Below, one piece after another: positions 17,689-27,923 of a DNA stretch of 64,000 bases; the stretch's first letter is position 1, and each line of letters opens with the position of its first letter. The position numbers were made by a program, and so were the translations under genes. The notes below the pieces were generated by a model that did not search any database, had not been told where the DNA came from, and saw only the letters and a program-made list of their open reading frames with translations. Origin of the DNA: an uncultured bacterium (GTDB lineage: Bacteria > Fermentibacterota > Fermentibacteria > Fermentibacterales > JCC-6); contig CAZKJG010000003.1 in assembly GCA_964553045.1 (NCBI GenBank), positions 81,829 to 145,828 on the forward strand, read 5' to 3'.

Positions 17689-19815
17689 TTATCCACCCCA
17701 TACGGCTATTCGGACCGCCTTGAGGAAGGAGGGGGGATGGAGCAGTATGTTGGAGTACGCCTGGTTGGCCAGGGGACAGGCGCACTCGCCGCGGCGTATG
17801 GACCTCCGCACCTTCCAGGCGGTGTGGGAGTCCCAGATCGCACGGAAGTCGTTCTCGTCGTCCAGCACGCCCATCTCTCCGGAGTAGGCGAGGACGGCAC
17901 ACGGCCAGACGGAGCCGTCGGCGTTCACATGGACGTTGAGGATCCCGGCGTAGCAGGGGATCACCTGGCGGTCCTCCTCCAGTATTCGGACCACCAGATC
18001 GTAGTAGACCATTCGCATGGCGGTGGTAATGCGGCCCAGAAGGTGCATTCCCCTCATCTGTCGGGCCACCGAATCCTTGAAGGTCTGCATGATCTTCCCG
18101 TATCTGCTGCCCTCCGGGGTGATGCCGCTGCCTATGTTGTAGAACTCCTCCCGCTCCTCGGCTATCTCGTTGATGTAGGTGTCCACTTCCAGGCTGCGGG
18201 CGAACTCGATTATCTCCCCCAGGCGGTCGGCGTTGTAGCGCGAGATCACCGTTCCCACACCCACGTGCAGGTACCTGTGTCGCGCGCGCAGGGCCTTCAG
18301 CCTGCCCAGTGTGTCCAGCAGCTTCTCGAAGTTCCCGGGGACTCCCCGGATCTCGTCGTGCAGCTCGCCCACCCCGTCCATGGACGGCTTGATGGTGAGT
18401 ACCGTACCGGGGGCCTCCTCCTCGATGGCCTGAAGGGTCCGTTCGGTGAGCCGCTCTATGCGCTCCGGCATGAGGGCATTGGTGGGAATGTGCACCACAG
18501 CCGGATGCATGTGCCGGCATGCCAGGCGGACGATCTCCGGCAGGTCGTCCCGAAGAAAGGGCTCCCCGCCGGAGACGTTGAAGAAGTAGGTCCAGCCTAT
18601 GGAGCGGAAGAGCATCTCTATCCCCGGAAGGTCCAGCTCCTCGCCCTGAGGCCGATGCTTCCAGATGAAGCATGTCCTGCATCGGGACTGGCATCTCATT
18701 GTAACCGAGAAGGTGACGTTTATGGGGTGCGGCGGCCTTGCCAGGCCCAGCCTGGCAAGCATGGCGGTGGCCATGCTCCAGGCCAGGTGAGAAAGCTGGG
18801 TGAGGTGGTTCATCCTCACCGGGTAGCGCTTCTGCAGGAAATCGTGGATCACCGCCTGCAGGGCGAATCCTCCCTCCACCAGCAGCACGATGAGCCTCTG
18901 GCCCAGGGCGATGGTGGTGGCCACCGCCATTCCCCCCGAAACGAATCCCGAGAGGAGCAGGCCGCGTACGGATTCCCGGACCCCTATCCCGCCGGGGATG
19001 AAGACCATGGCCAGGGCCACCAGCCAGGAGGCGGGGGCGGCCAGCAGGCACACGGCGACCATGGCGTAGGAGGGGTCGGAGGAGGGGACCCCGAACCCCC
19101 TGAACCAGGCGTACAGCGCCAGGCCCCGCAGCCCCCAGGAGAGCAGGTGGTAGCCGATGAAGCTGAACTGGTGCCGGTGAGATATGTGCGGCAGGTCCGT
19201 GATATCCGTGCCCATGCGGTGGCTGAAGGCCCGGGCTATGCGGCGCTGGATGCCGGGGGCGAAGAGCATCAGCACCGCAAGTCCCACGGATATCCAAAGG
19301 ACGATGATCACCGCCAGGGGAACGTCCGCCAGGCTGAGGAAGGGCAGGGCCACCAGGGCCAGTATGCTCAGCGCCACCATCATGTAGATGTTCTCCAGTA
19401 TCAGGGCGGTGAAGCCCTTCACCGAGCTGACCCCGTTGCTGCCCAGGAAGCTCACCCGGCCCACCACCATCCAGACCTTTCCGGGCACGTAGGCCCCCAT
19501 CTGGGTGGTGTACCAGTTCCGCCGCAGCCTGCCGCGGTCTATGGCCGGTGTCTTCAGGGCCTGGAGTATTCGGGCCCAGGCGTGGGGGGCGAAGTAGTAG
19601 CCGCCCCACAGCAGAAGGAAGGAAACAACGAGAGTGGGCCAGCTGGCATTCTGGCGGGAGCCCTCCCAGAACCTCTGCAGCTCCGGCTGCCAGCGGGGCC
19701 AAAGATCCAGGGCGAAGTAGATTCCCGCCCCCACCAGCAGGACCACTCCCCCCCAGGTGGAGATGTGGTGGAAGAGCCTCCTGTGCCTGCTCAAGAGGCC
19801 CTTCCCCTGCGCCAC
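17689..19815 (-). CDS. Fusion: UPF0104/LPG-synthase-type membrane domain plus radical SAM domain with twitch/SPASM-type Cys tail
   Basis: N-terminal ~310 aa TM region (AYVPGKVW, IPGGIGVRE); CQSRCRTC (CxxxCxxC), SGGEP, PSMDG..HDEIRG; C-terminal Cx17Cx38CxC. Confidence 0.85.
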   Translation of the reverse strand: MAQGKGLLSRHRRLFHHISTWGGVVLLVGAGIYFALDLWPRWQPELQRFWEGSRQNASWPTLVVSFLLLWGGYYFAPHAWARILQALKTPAIDRGRLRRNWYTTQMGAYVPGKVWMVVGRVSFLGSNGVSSVKGFTALILENIYMMVALSILALVALPFLSLADVPLAVIIVLWISVGLAVLMLFAPGIQRRIARAFSHRMGTDITDLPHISHRHQFSFIGYHLLSWGLRGLALYAWFRGFGVPSSDPSYAMVAVCLLAAPASWLVALAMVFIPGGIGVRESVRGLLLSGFVSGGMAVATTIALGQRLIVLLVEGGFALQAVIHDFLQKRYPVRMNHLTQLSHLAWSMATAMLARLGLARPPHPINVTFSVTMRCQSRCRTCFIWKHRPQGEELDLPGIEMLFRSIGWTYFFNVSGGEPFLRDDLPEIVRLACRHMHPAVVHIPTNALMPERIERLTERTLQAIEEEAPGTVLTIKPSMDGVGELHDEIRGVPGNFEKLLDTLGRLKALRARHRYLHVGVGTVISRYNADRLGEIIEFARSLEVDTYINEIAEEREEFYNIGSGITPEGSRYGKIMQTFKDSVARQMRGMHLLGRITTAMRMVYYDLVVRILEEDRQVIPCYAGILNVHVNADGSVWPCAVLAYSGEMGVLDDENDFRAIWDSHTAWKVRRSIRRGECACPLANQAYSNILLHPPSFLKAVRIAVWGG

Positions 19816-22091
19816 CGGTCGACGAAGGCCACGGCGACGACCAGGAGGGTAGCCAGAGCGGTGATCACTCCCCCTGTCCGGACGTCGGAGGCGTCGTAGC
19901 GGAAGACAACGCGGTGGCTGCCGCCGGGGACGGCCACGGCCCGCTGCCAGTGGTTGGCGCGCAGCACGTCGGCGGCGGAGCCGTCAACCCGCACCCTCCA
20001 CCCGGGGTCCCAGGTGTCCGCCAGCACCAGCAACCCCGGCCCTTCCGACTCCACCGAAAGCTCCAGGGAGACCGGGCTCTCATCGACAAGCCGGACCGTA
20101 CCCCTTCCGGAAATGCCGGCCGGCAGTTCGGGGCTCTCGGCCAGCAGGGTGAACGCCTGCGGGTCGTACCCCACCGACAGGGAACGCTCGATGTCGGACG
20201 GCCTGGCCACCAGATAGGAGTCCGCCAGGAACGCCCTGGGAAGGGGGCCTTCCGGCATTCTCCCGGCCACCTCCCTGGCCTGTCCGGAGGTGTCGGAGGC
20301 CAGGGCCTGTCTCAGCTGCCGGTAGGAGAGCGTGCTGCCCTGAATCTGAAAGACGGTGGCCGCGGTCTGCCGCAATGCGGGTGGCCCGCCGCTGGACAGA
20401 GCCGACAGCAGGTCCTCGGTGACCGCGGGTTTGGCGGCATGGTATCCGGCCACGGAGAGTATGGAATCGGGAACCAGCTCGTTGCCTCCCGGATATACCC
20501 GTCCGCTTCCCGCCGTTTCCGCCAGCCCCCCGTGGGTGCCCACCACGCTCTCCACGTCACTCCGATGCAGGTACACCTGGAAATCCCGGTTGAATGGGAC
20601 CAGCTCCAGGGCCACTACAGCGACCACCGCCCCGGCAAGGCCCCAGTCGGCCAGCTTCCCCCTGCGGTGGGCCTCCACCAGCCCGGCCATGGCCAGCAGC
20701 ACGGCCGCCGCCTGGGCGAAGTCCATCCTGGCCAGGGATACCCTTCTGCCGATGACGCCGCCATAGCCCATTCCCCCGGGAGCCCCCATACGCCTCCACC
20801 ATCCCGACTGCAGGGCCTCCGAGACGGGCCCGGCTGCAACCAGCAGGAGCAGACAGGCCCCCGAGCCTATGAGAAGGCCGTTGCGGACCTTGGCGAGAGG
20901 CGCCCCTTCGCGCCGCAGGGCGTGCATGCCGTAGGCCGCCATGAGGGACAGCCCCGAGGTGGTGAGGAAGGCGGCCATGTGGGGTGCGCGCAGCTTCCGG
21001 AAGAGGGGCACAACGGCGTAGAGAAGGTCGAACAGGGGCGTATAGCCGCCCCAGGAGACCAGCAGTCCCGCCAGGCCTATTCCCAGCAGGGGCCACCGCC
21101 TCCTGCGGCCGGCCAGGATAATGCCGATGAGGGCCAGAGCCAGTACGGAAACCCCCAGGAACTCGCTGCTCAGCCGCAGCCCCAGCCTTCCGAAGTACAC
21201 CGGCACTCCGACCACGCTGCTGTCGGGAAAGCCGTGCCTCAGGCCGAACAGCCGGGGAAAGGCCATGGTCAGCGTTTCCTCGGGCGGAAGGGAGTAACTC
21301 GCGGCCATTTCGGGGGACAGATCTCCGCCCCGCGAGGAGACCTGTGAGAAGTTGTAGCCCGGCAGCAGCTGTACCGCTCCAATGGCCAGGCCCAGCAACG
21401 CAACCGCCACCAGGCCCACCCCGGCCCGGGCCCAGGACCTGCCTCCACCGGTCTGGGCAGCCCGCCAGGCCAGCCATATGAGGACAGCCCCGCCGGTGTA
21501 GAGCATCATCTGCGGGTGGCTGGCCAGTCCCTGCAGCCCCAGGGCCAGTCCGGCCAGTCCCGCGAACACGGCCCTTCCGGACCTCATCCACCGCTCGCAT
21601 CCGTAGAGGGCCAGCGGCAGGAGGCTCCAGCAGACCACCTTGCTGCCGTGGCCGGCGTAGAAGAGGGTGTTGGCCCAGGCCCCGCACGCGTAGGCCACAG
21701 CTCCCACCAGCCGGGCCCACCGCCCCAGACCGAGAGACCCCAGGAACAGCCAGGCGAAGATACCGGCCAGAAGCGCGTGTATGGGGAAGGTGTAGCGGAT
21801 GAAGGCCTCCGCGCCCCCCAGGACCATGAGGAGCCCCCGAACCGGATGGAACACGGGAGCCGAGAAGGAGGAGTAGAAGGGTACGCCGCAGAATACGTAG
21901 GGATTCCACAGCGGAAGGTGGCCCTCCTCCAGTGACCTTTCCACGTAGAGCATGAAGGGATAGCCCTGGGACGTGGTGTCGCTCAGCTCCCCCCCGGGTA
22001 GCCTTCCCTGGAGGAGTACGGGCCAGTACGTGAGAACGGCCAGCGCCAGGATCAGTCCCGCCGCGGCCGGGAATCCGATGCGGAGCTTCAT
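19791..22091 (-). CDS. YfhO-family (GT-C fold) membrane glycosyltransferase
   Basis: PLWNPYVFCGVPF N-terminal loop, many TM helices, C-terminal LVLADTWDPGWRVRVDG...RANHWQRAVAVPGGSHRVVFRY. Confidence 0.8.
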   Translation of the reverse strand: MKLRIGFPAAAGLILALAVLTYWPVLLQGRLPGGELSDTTSQGYPFMLYVERSLEEGHLPLWNPYVFCGVPFYSSFSAPVFHPVRGLLMVLGGAEAFIRYTFPIHALLAGIFAWLFLGSLGLGRWARLVGAVAYACGAWANTLFYAGHGSKVVCWSLLPLALYGCERWMRSGRAVFAGLAGLALGLQGLASHPQMMLYTGGAVLIWLAWRAAQTGGGRSWARAGVGLVAVALLGLAIGAVQLLPGYNFSQVSSRGGDLSPEMAASYSLPPEETLTMAFPRLFGLRHGFPDSSVVGVPVYFGRLGLRLSSEFLGVSVLALALIGIILAGRRRRWPLLGIGLAGLLVSWGGYTPLFDLLYAVVPLFRKLRAPHMAAFLTTSGLSLMAAYGMHALRREGAPLAKVRNGLLIGSGACLLLLVAAGPVSEALQSGWWRRMGAPGGMGYGGVIGRRVSLARMDFAQAAAVLLAMAGLVEAHRRGKLADWGLAGAVVAVVALELVPFNRDFQVYLHRSDVESVVGTHGGLAETAGSGRVYPGGNELVPDSILSVAGYHAAKPAVTEDLLSALSSGGPPALRQTAATVFQIQGSTLSYRQLRQALASDTSGQAREVAGRMPEGPLPRAFLADSYLVARPSDIERSLSVGYDPQAFTLLAESPELPAGISGRGTVRLVDESPVSLELSVESEGPGLLVLADTWDPGWRVRVDGSAADVLRANHWQRAVAVPGGSHRVVFRYDASDVRTGGVITALATLLVVAVAFVDRWRRGRAS

Positions 22092-23038
22092 TCAGGGGTC
22101 TCCTCGGTCTCTTTCCGCTCTCTTCCGAACACACCGAAAGATAACAGTCCCAGAGCCAGCTCGCCCAGGGAGAGCAGAAGCCGATGTCCGGCCACTACCA
22201 GAAGCAGCGGCCCCGTGTCTCCTCCGGTGGAGAGTATGCCCACCAGGGCCGCTTCCCTGACACCTATTCCACCCGGGACGAAGAAGGCGACGTAACCTGC
22301 CAGCCATGACAGGGGAACGCCGGCCAGGCAGGCTCCGAAGCCGACCCCGTCAATCCCGAACCCCCGAAGCCACAGCAGCAGCGCCAGGGCCCGCATGATC
22401 CACAGGCCGGAGTAGAGCCCCAGCAGCAGAAGGCTCTGGGACGCCGGGAGGTTCAGCGGCGCTTCGGATTCGGCGGTGCCGCCCCGCATCCTGATCAGCA
22501 GCCTCTGCAGGGGGTGAAGGAAGGGAAGAAGGACGGCCAGCGCCGAAGCCGCCAGCAGCATGTACAGCAGGTGGTCCGCCATGCCTCCGCCCCAGATGAG
22601 CAGCCCGGCCAGGCTGGAGACGCCTGCGGCAGCGGCGGTGAAAAGCAGCTCGGCCACCGGAGCAGCGGCGGCCCGGGCAGTCCTCATACCCCTTCCGCGG
22701 AGGAAGCCCGCCCTGCCGGCGAAGAGCCAGATCTTGCCCGGCACGTAGCGTCCCAGCTGGCTGGCGAACCATACCGCCCGCAGAAGTCCCCTGCGCTCGC
22801 GGCTTCCCAGCGCCCTGCAGATCCTTACCCATCCCTGGGGTATCAGCCAGAGGCTGTACAGCAGCAGCACAGCGGATACGGACAGGCTGTGCCAGGAGAG
22901 TCGCCAGGAGTGGGCGGAAACCTGGGCAAGCCAGTGGCCGCCCCGGCGGGCCACTATCCATGCCGCCGCCGCCACCAGGCAGGCCAGGAGGATCCAGCCG
23001 ACGACCCTGAGCTTGCGCCGCAGGCCCTGGGCAGTCAC
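22088..23038 (-). CDS. UPF0104/LPG-synthase-type flippase-like membrane protein
   Basis: Probable GTG start at 23038 overlapping the upstream stop (GTGA); GRYVPGKIW and VPGGIGVRE motifs. Confidence 0.8.
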   Translation of the reverse strand: MTAQGLRRKLRVVGWILLACLVAAAAWIVARRGGHWLAQVSAHSWRLSWHSLSVSAVLLLYSLWLIPQGWVRICRALGSRERRGLLRAVWFASQLGRYVPGKIWLFAGRAGFLRGRGMRTARAAAAPVAELLFTAAAAGVSSLAGLLIWGGGMADHLLYMLLAASALAVLLPFLHPLQRLLIRMRGGTAESEAPLNLPASQSLLLLGLYSGLWIMRALALLLWLRGFGIDGVGFGACLAGVPLSWLAGYVAFFVPGGIGVREAALVGILSTGGDTGPLLLVVAGHRLLLSLGELALGLLSFGVFGRERKETEETPE

Positions 23039-23925
23039 AACATCCGCCTTCGCCTGTACCAGTCCACCGTCGCCGGGATGCCCTCCGACGGCGCCACCTC
23101 GGGCTGAAATCCGGCTGCGGAGGCCTTCTCCACTGCTACGTAATGGTCTTCTCCGAAGAGTCTGAGCCTGCTTTCGGACAAAGACGAGGGGCAGAGGGGC
23201 CCCAGTCGCAGGCAGGCGCGTAGCAGCGGCCTGGGGACCGGCAGGGCGAGGACATGCCTGCCCAGAGCCCTGCCGATCAGGCCCACCAGCTCCCTTACGC
23301 TGACCGTTTCTGGGCCGCCGATATTGTAAAGCCCCCCGGACAGTCGCCCCCCGGGCAGGGACTCCACCACGGAACGGGCCACATCGAAGACGTATGTCGG
23401 CCTGAGCCGGGCATTCCCCCCGCCCACCAGAGGGAACCAGCCTCTGGATACCTGCCGGAACAGAGCCAGCTTGTGGGTGTCGCCGGGGCCGTAGACGAAG
23501 TCGGGCCTCAGCACGGTAAGGAGCTTCGGGGCAAGTGTCCGCTCCAGCGCCTCCTCGGCCTCGGCCTTGGTGCACTCGTAGTCCCCCCAGGGCGCGGGGG
23601 GCAGGTTCTCTCCCGCCTCCGGCAGAAGTCCCGTCACGCCCGGGGTGCTGAGATGAACCATCGGTATTCCCCGGCCGGCGCAGAGCCTGGCCAGCCTGGC
23701 CGGAAGCGCCACGTTGGCCGCCCGCATCTCCGCCGGCGTCGCCCCCTGTCCCCCCAGCCTTCCGGCACAGTTCACCACCGCATCCACCCCGGCGGGCAGC
23801 TTGCCCTCATCCAGGTCGCCGTCACGGGAGTGAACGTGGGCCACCACCTTGTGCGAGAGCTCTATCAGCATGTCCTTAACATGACTGCCTATGAATCCGG
23901 CGGCCCCCGTGAGCAGGATCTTCAT
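23035..23925 (-). CDS. NAD-dependent epimerase/dehydratase (extended SDR)
   Basis: TGAAGFIG Rossmann motif, YxxxK (YECTK), RPDFVYGPG. Confidence 0.9.
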   Translation of the reverse strand: MKILLTGAAGFIGSHVKDMLIELSHKVVAHVHSRDGDLDEGKLPAGVDAVVNCAGRLGGQGATPAEMRAANVALPARLARLCAGRGIPMVHLSTPGVTGLLPEAGENLPPAPWGDYECTKAEAEEALERTLAPKLLTVLRPDFVYGPGDTHKLALFRQVSRGWFPLVGGGNARLRPTYVFDVARSVVESLPGGRLSGGLYNIGGPETVSVRELVGLIGRALGRHVLALPVPRPLLRACLRLGPLCPSSLSESRLRLFGEDHYVAVEKASAAGFQPEVAPSEGIPATVDWYRRRRML

Positions 23926-25025
23926 CGCAGGCTCTCCAGCAGGGCCTCGGCGTACCTTCGCCAGCTGAACTCCCCCGCCTTGCTGAGCACTAGCTCCTTC
24001 GTTTGTGCCGATTGGGATATCGAAATAGCCGAACTTACCGCTTCCGCGATGCTCTCCGGCTCTCCTGCCTCAGCTACGAAACCCGTCACGCCGTGTTCGA
24101 CCATCTCGGCGAGTCCACCGACATTTGTCACAACCAGCGGTAATCCGAAGGAGAGTGCAATTTGGCCCACCCCGCTCTGGGTCGCATGGCGATATGGAAG
24201 AGCGACTGCATCGGCAGCCCGGAAGAACTTGCCCACCTCATTGTCGGAGACGAAGCGGTCTATCCATGTGGCTCTTCCGGCTGCGAACGACTTGCTAAGC
24301 GCGGATAGATACGGTGACGCATCCTCGTATGGCTCACCGACGATGAGCAGGCGGATGTTCTCGTCGAGATGCTTCAAAGCGCTTATCAGGTCGAGTAACC
24401 CCTTGTATGGCCTGACAAGCCCGAAGAAGAGCACCACACGTTCCTGGGAGGAGTAGCCCATATCCTCCCTGGCGGATTCCCTGGACGGAGCCGTTCTGGT
24501 GTACTGGTCGTAAATAGGGTGGTAGAGCTTAACAAGGCCTGTTCTATCGCACACTTGTCTGGCCTTCTTCAGGTCCTCGTTGGAATGGACTATCGCCACT
24601 TCCGCCTTCTTCAGGATTTGCCTGGCGAGGATACGGGAAAAGGGGAATGGATCATGCGGCACGACATTGTGACAGATTGCGGCAGTTTGTAAACCGCCGG
24701 GAAGACTCCCGAGTATGCAGGGCGCGAAGAACGGATGCCACCAGGCAAATATTGTGACGTCGTAGTTATTCCTTGAGATGAGCCTTCTGGCTCTGAACCA
24801 GGTCATGGGATTGATGGAGCTGAGGGCATGAGTTGTGGGTACTGGTGATTTGGCTCCCTCATTGTACTGCGTCTTCCCGGGGAAAAGGAATCCTGGATAG
24901 AGCAGCGAATATGATATGGCTGTCACAGTATTTCCCATGTAAGAGAGTTGTGCAGCCAAGCGCGAGGAGAACTCCGATATTCCCCCTCTGAACGGGGGCA
25001 TGGGGGACACAAGGACGATTCTCAA
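23922..25025 (-). CDS. Glycosyltransferase family 4 (GT-B), lower-GC gene
   Basis: GGISEF N-terminal motif, FFGLVRPYKG, LPYRHATQSGV, PLVVTNVGGLAE. Confidence 0.9.
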   Translation of the reverse strand: MRIVLVSPMPPFRGGISEFSSRLAAQLSYMGNTVTAISYSLLYPGFLFPGKTQYNEGAKSPVPTTHALSSINPMTWFRARRLISRNNYDVTIFAWWHPFFAPCILGSLPGGLQTAAICHNVVPHDPFPFSRILARQILKKAEVAIVHSNEDLKKARQVCDRTGLVKLYHPIYDQYTRTAPSRESAREDMGYSSQERVVLFFGLVRPYKGLLDLISALKHLDENIRLLIVGEPYEDASPYLSALSKSFAAGRATWIDRFVSDNEVGKFFRAADAVALPYRHATQSGVGQIALSFGLPLVVTNVGGLAEMVEHGVTGFVAEAGEPESIAEAVSSAISISQSAQTKELVLSKAGEFSWRRYAEALLESLR

Positions 25026-25139
25026 TGAGCCTCCTCCTTCCCCTCCTGTAGATTATGGCCCCGAAACTTCAGCTTGACTGCAGTATAAGGAAAGAGAATA
25101 TCCTAAACAGGATGTGGGTGTTTGGGAAGGAGTAATATT

Positions 25140-26902
25140 GTGAAGCTTCTGGGATTGCTTTTGATTGTCTGCACCACAGCTGTCACAGCTTTCTAAGATG
25201 ATTTTGAAGATGAGTACATTGATGACTGGGTGCAGAGGTGCAACGGTTCTGCTGAATGGTGGGCAGAAAATGGGAAGGCATGGAGCTCTTGCGATGGGCC
25301 AACTGGACTCGCTGCCCCGCGGAGGAGCGAAAGAACATCCTTATAACCACTAATGTAACCGGATACCATGCGTTTGGAGTTTTTGCCCGGTTGGATGCAA
25401 GCGATAACGGAATATGCGCATATGTCTCTCCAGACAATAATGTTGCGCGTATCAGGCTGATCAGCAACGGAGAGCTGGGCAGCACGCTGGGTGATATATA
25501 CGCACCATTTCCGAGTGATGATTATGAGATGAGTTTCTCCTGTGATGATGAAGTCCTGGTTTTCTGGTTTGAGGCCGTCGGCTCGGGGCAGACATGGCAG
25601 CTGACTGCGTCGGATCCTAATCCGCAATCCGGCGGCTATGGGCTGCTTGCAGGTTCTGAGCCCGAGTCAGCCTGGGAGTGGTTCGAGGCAGAAAGTTATG
25701 GAACCGGTGACGCTCAGCTTTCCGCCATGGAGGTAGACGATGACAACGCCGGCTGGTCCTCTGGAAATGGCGACGGAGCCTTTGAGGCCGGAGAGGCAAT
25801 TGAGCTGGGACTCTGCCTAGACAATGTGGGTGGAGATACGCTACACAACGTATCGGCCGTATTGCAGTCGTTGTCCTCTGAGATATCCGTTCCCATAAGC
25901 AACTGCGATTTCGGACACATACCCCCCGGCGAATCAGTCTGGTCCCTGTCTGACTATGGTGTTGAGGCAGAAGTATCCGCGCCGGAGGACGAGACCTACC
26001 CCTTCAGGCTCACCGTGTTCGCAGACGGGGGCTACAGCAGCGTCCACGAGTTCGACCTGCCCCTGGGCTGCGGCATCGAGTTCGACATGGAGGGCGACAC
26101 CGATGCCTGGTACACCACTTCCCTCGGCAGCGGATGGGGCGATCAGTGGCACCAGTCGGGCCAGCGCAACCATACGCCGGAGGGCTCTGAGAGCTTCAAG
26201 TGCGGCGACACCGGCTACGGTGACTACGACGACGGGCTGCACGGCGCCCTGGTCAGCCCGCTGTTCAACGTGCCCCATGACGCCACGCTTTCGTTCTGGA
26301 TGTGGATAGACGCTCAGTGCGTCCGCAGCGGCGAGGCCTACGACGGCGGCCGGCTGCAGATAGGCCAGCTGGGCAGCTGGGAGGACCTGGAACCCCTCGG
26401 CGGGTACCCCTATCAGATCGTATCCGAAACGACCGGTCCGTTCGAGCCGGGGACCGGCGTATGGTCGGGCACCGCCGGCTGGCAGGAGCAGACGTGGGAG
26501 ATTCCCGAGGAGTTCTCCGGACCGCGGCGGCTGCGCTGGGTGTTCGGCAGCGACCAGACCGGCAGCCGCGAGGGCTGGTTCATCGACGACCTGGTAGTCG
26601 AGGGTCTGATGGGAACGGCCGGGGAGTCGGGCAGTCCGATTCCCGGGAACCTGCAGCTGTCGGCGGCTCCCAACCCGTTCCATTCCGCGGTGGGGATATC
26701 CGTTTCCGGCCTCCTGCCCGGCGAGACCGCGCAGGTGGAGATCTACGACCTGGCCGGGCGGAAGGTCTTTGGGACTGCCGTGGGCTCGGCGGAAGGCGGG
26801 CACGCTACGGTGAGCTGGAGCGGAGGCTCCGCCGGTCTCTACCTGGTGCGGGCCACCCGTGACGGCGAGATCCGCACAATCCGGGTGGTGAGGACGGAGT
26901 AG
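25140..26902 (+). pseudogene. Secreted multidomain protein with T9SS-like C-terminal domain, disrupted near the 5' end (or sequencing errors)
   Basis: RBS GAAGGAG then GTG 25140 encoding VKLLGLLLIVCTTAVTAF, in-frame TAA at 25194-25196, then DDFEDEYIDDW... to TAA 25344-25346. The rest is in another frame (ORF 25256..26902) ending PNPFHS...IYDLAGRKV...GLYLVR...IRVVRTE. Confidence 0.65.
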
Positions 26903-26924
26903 CTGCCCGGGATTGGCATCACAG

Positions 26925-26948
26925 GGGCCCCGGCCGCGGTCGGGGCCC
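26925..26948. terminator. GC-rich hairpin between convergent genes, putative bidirectional terminator
   Basis: GGGCCCCGGC-CGCG-GTCGGGGCCC followed by TCTTCTATT. Confidence 0.5.
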
Positions 26949-26952
26949 TCTT

Positions 26953-27891
26953 CTATTCTGAGCCAAGCTCCTCGCGTATGTGGAAGGTCTTGCGGGAGCT
27001 GAGCTTCAGCAGCATCTCCCCCAGCAGGCCCAGCGAGATGAACTGGAAGCCCACGATCAGCAGCAGTATTCCCAGCAGCAGCAGAGGGCGGTTGCCGATG
27101 GGCTCCCCGCCGAACCAGACGATGCTCAGGTAGAGGGAGATGACGAAGCCGGCCAGGAATAGCACCGTGCCTATGCCCCCGAAGAAGTGCAGGGGCCTCA
27201 GGGAGTAGCGGTGGAGGAAGAGGACGGTGATCAGGTCGGCGTAGCCGCGGAAGAAGCGGGCCATGCCGTACTTGGTGCTGCCGTAGCGGCGGGGCCTGTG
27301 GTGGACGGGCTTCTCCCCCACCCGGAAGCCCAGCTGGGCCGCTATCACCGGCGTGTAGCGGTGCATCTCGCCGTACAGACGAAGGCTCTTCGCGGCGGCG
27401 CTGCGGTAGACCTTGAGCCCGCAGTTGAAATCGTGCAGCCGTATGCCCGTCGTGAGGCGGACCGTCAGGTTGAACAGCCTGGAGGGGATGGTCTTGGTTA
27501 CGGGATCGCGGCGCTTGCGCTTCCAGCCGCTCACCAGATCGAGGCCCTCCTCCTCCATGAGCTCTATCATGGCCGGAATCTCGGAAGGGTCGTCCTGCAG
27601 GTCTGCGTCCAGCGTGGCTACGTACTCTCCCCGGGCCCGCGAGAATCCCGCGGCCAGGGCCGCGGCCTTGCCCTGGTTCCTCCCCAGACTCAGGGCCAGC
27701 AGTGGATACTCGCGCTGCAGGCCGCGGAGGACATCCCACGTGGAGTCCGAGCTTCCGTCGTCTACCACCACGGCCTCCCAGCGAGTACCGTTCAGCGCCC
27801 GGGCTGTCTCGCTCAGCAACTCGGGCAAACTCTCGGCCTCGTTGTAGGCCGGTATGACCACGGCAACGCGGGGTGCGCCTCTCTCATCCAT
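26953..27891 (-). CDS. Glycosyltransferase family 2, polyprenyl-phosphate glycosyltransferase (ArnC/GtrB/DPM1-like)
   Basis: IPAYNEAESL, VVDDGSSD, RNQGKAAAL, LDADLQDDP, HDFNCGLK, two C-terminal TM helices; probable start 27891. Confidence 0.9.
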   Translation of the reverse strand: MDERGAPRVAVVIPAYNEAESLPELLSETARALNGTRWEAVVVDDGSSDSTWDVLRGLQREYPLLALSLGRNQGKAAALAAGFSRARGEYVATLDADLQDDPSEIPAMIELMEEEGLDLVSGWKRKRRDPVTKTIPSRLFNLTVRLTTGIRLHDFNCGLKVYRSAAAKSLRLYGEMHRYTPVIAAQLGFRVGEKPVHHRPRRYGSTKYGMARFFRGYADLITVLFLHRYSLRPLHFFGGIGTVLFLAGFVISLYLSIVWFGGEPIGNRPLLLLGILLLIVGFQFISLGLLGEMLLKLSSRKTFHIREELGSE

Positions 27892-27923
27892 GGGCTGAAG
27901 ATTCCCCGCCCGGAGCGATCCTG

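Noticed and set aside
17689-25025. Hopanoid (hpn) cluster
   Set aside because: SDR, radical SAM and UPF0104 echo hpnA/H/L, but there is no squalene-hopene cyclase or hpnC/D/E in the window, and the YfhO gene points to glycosylation.
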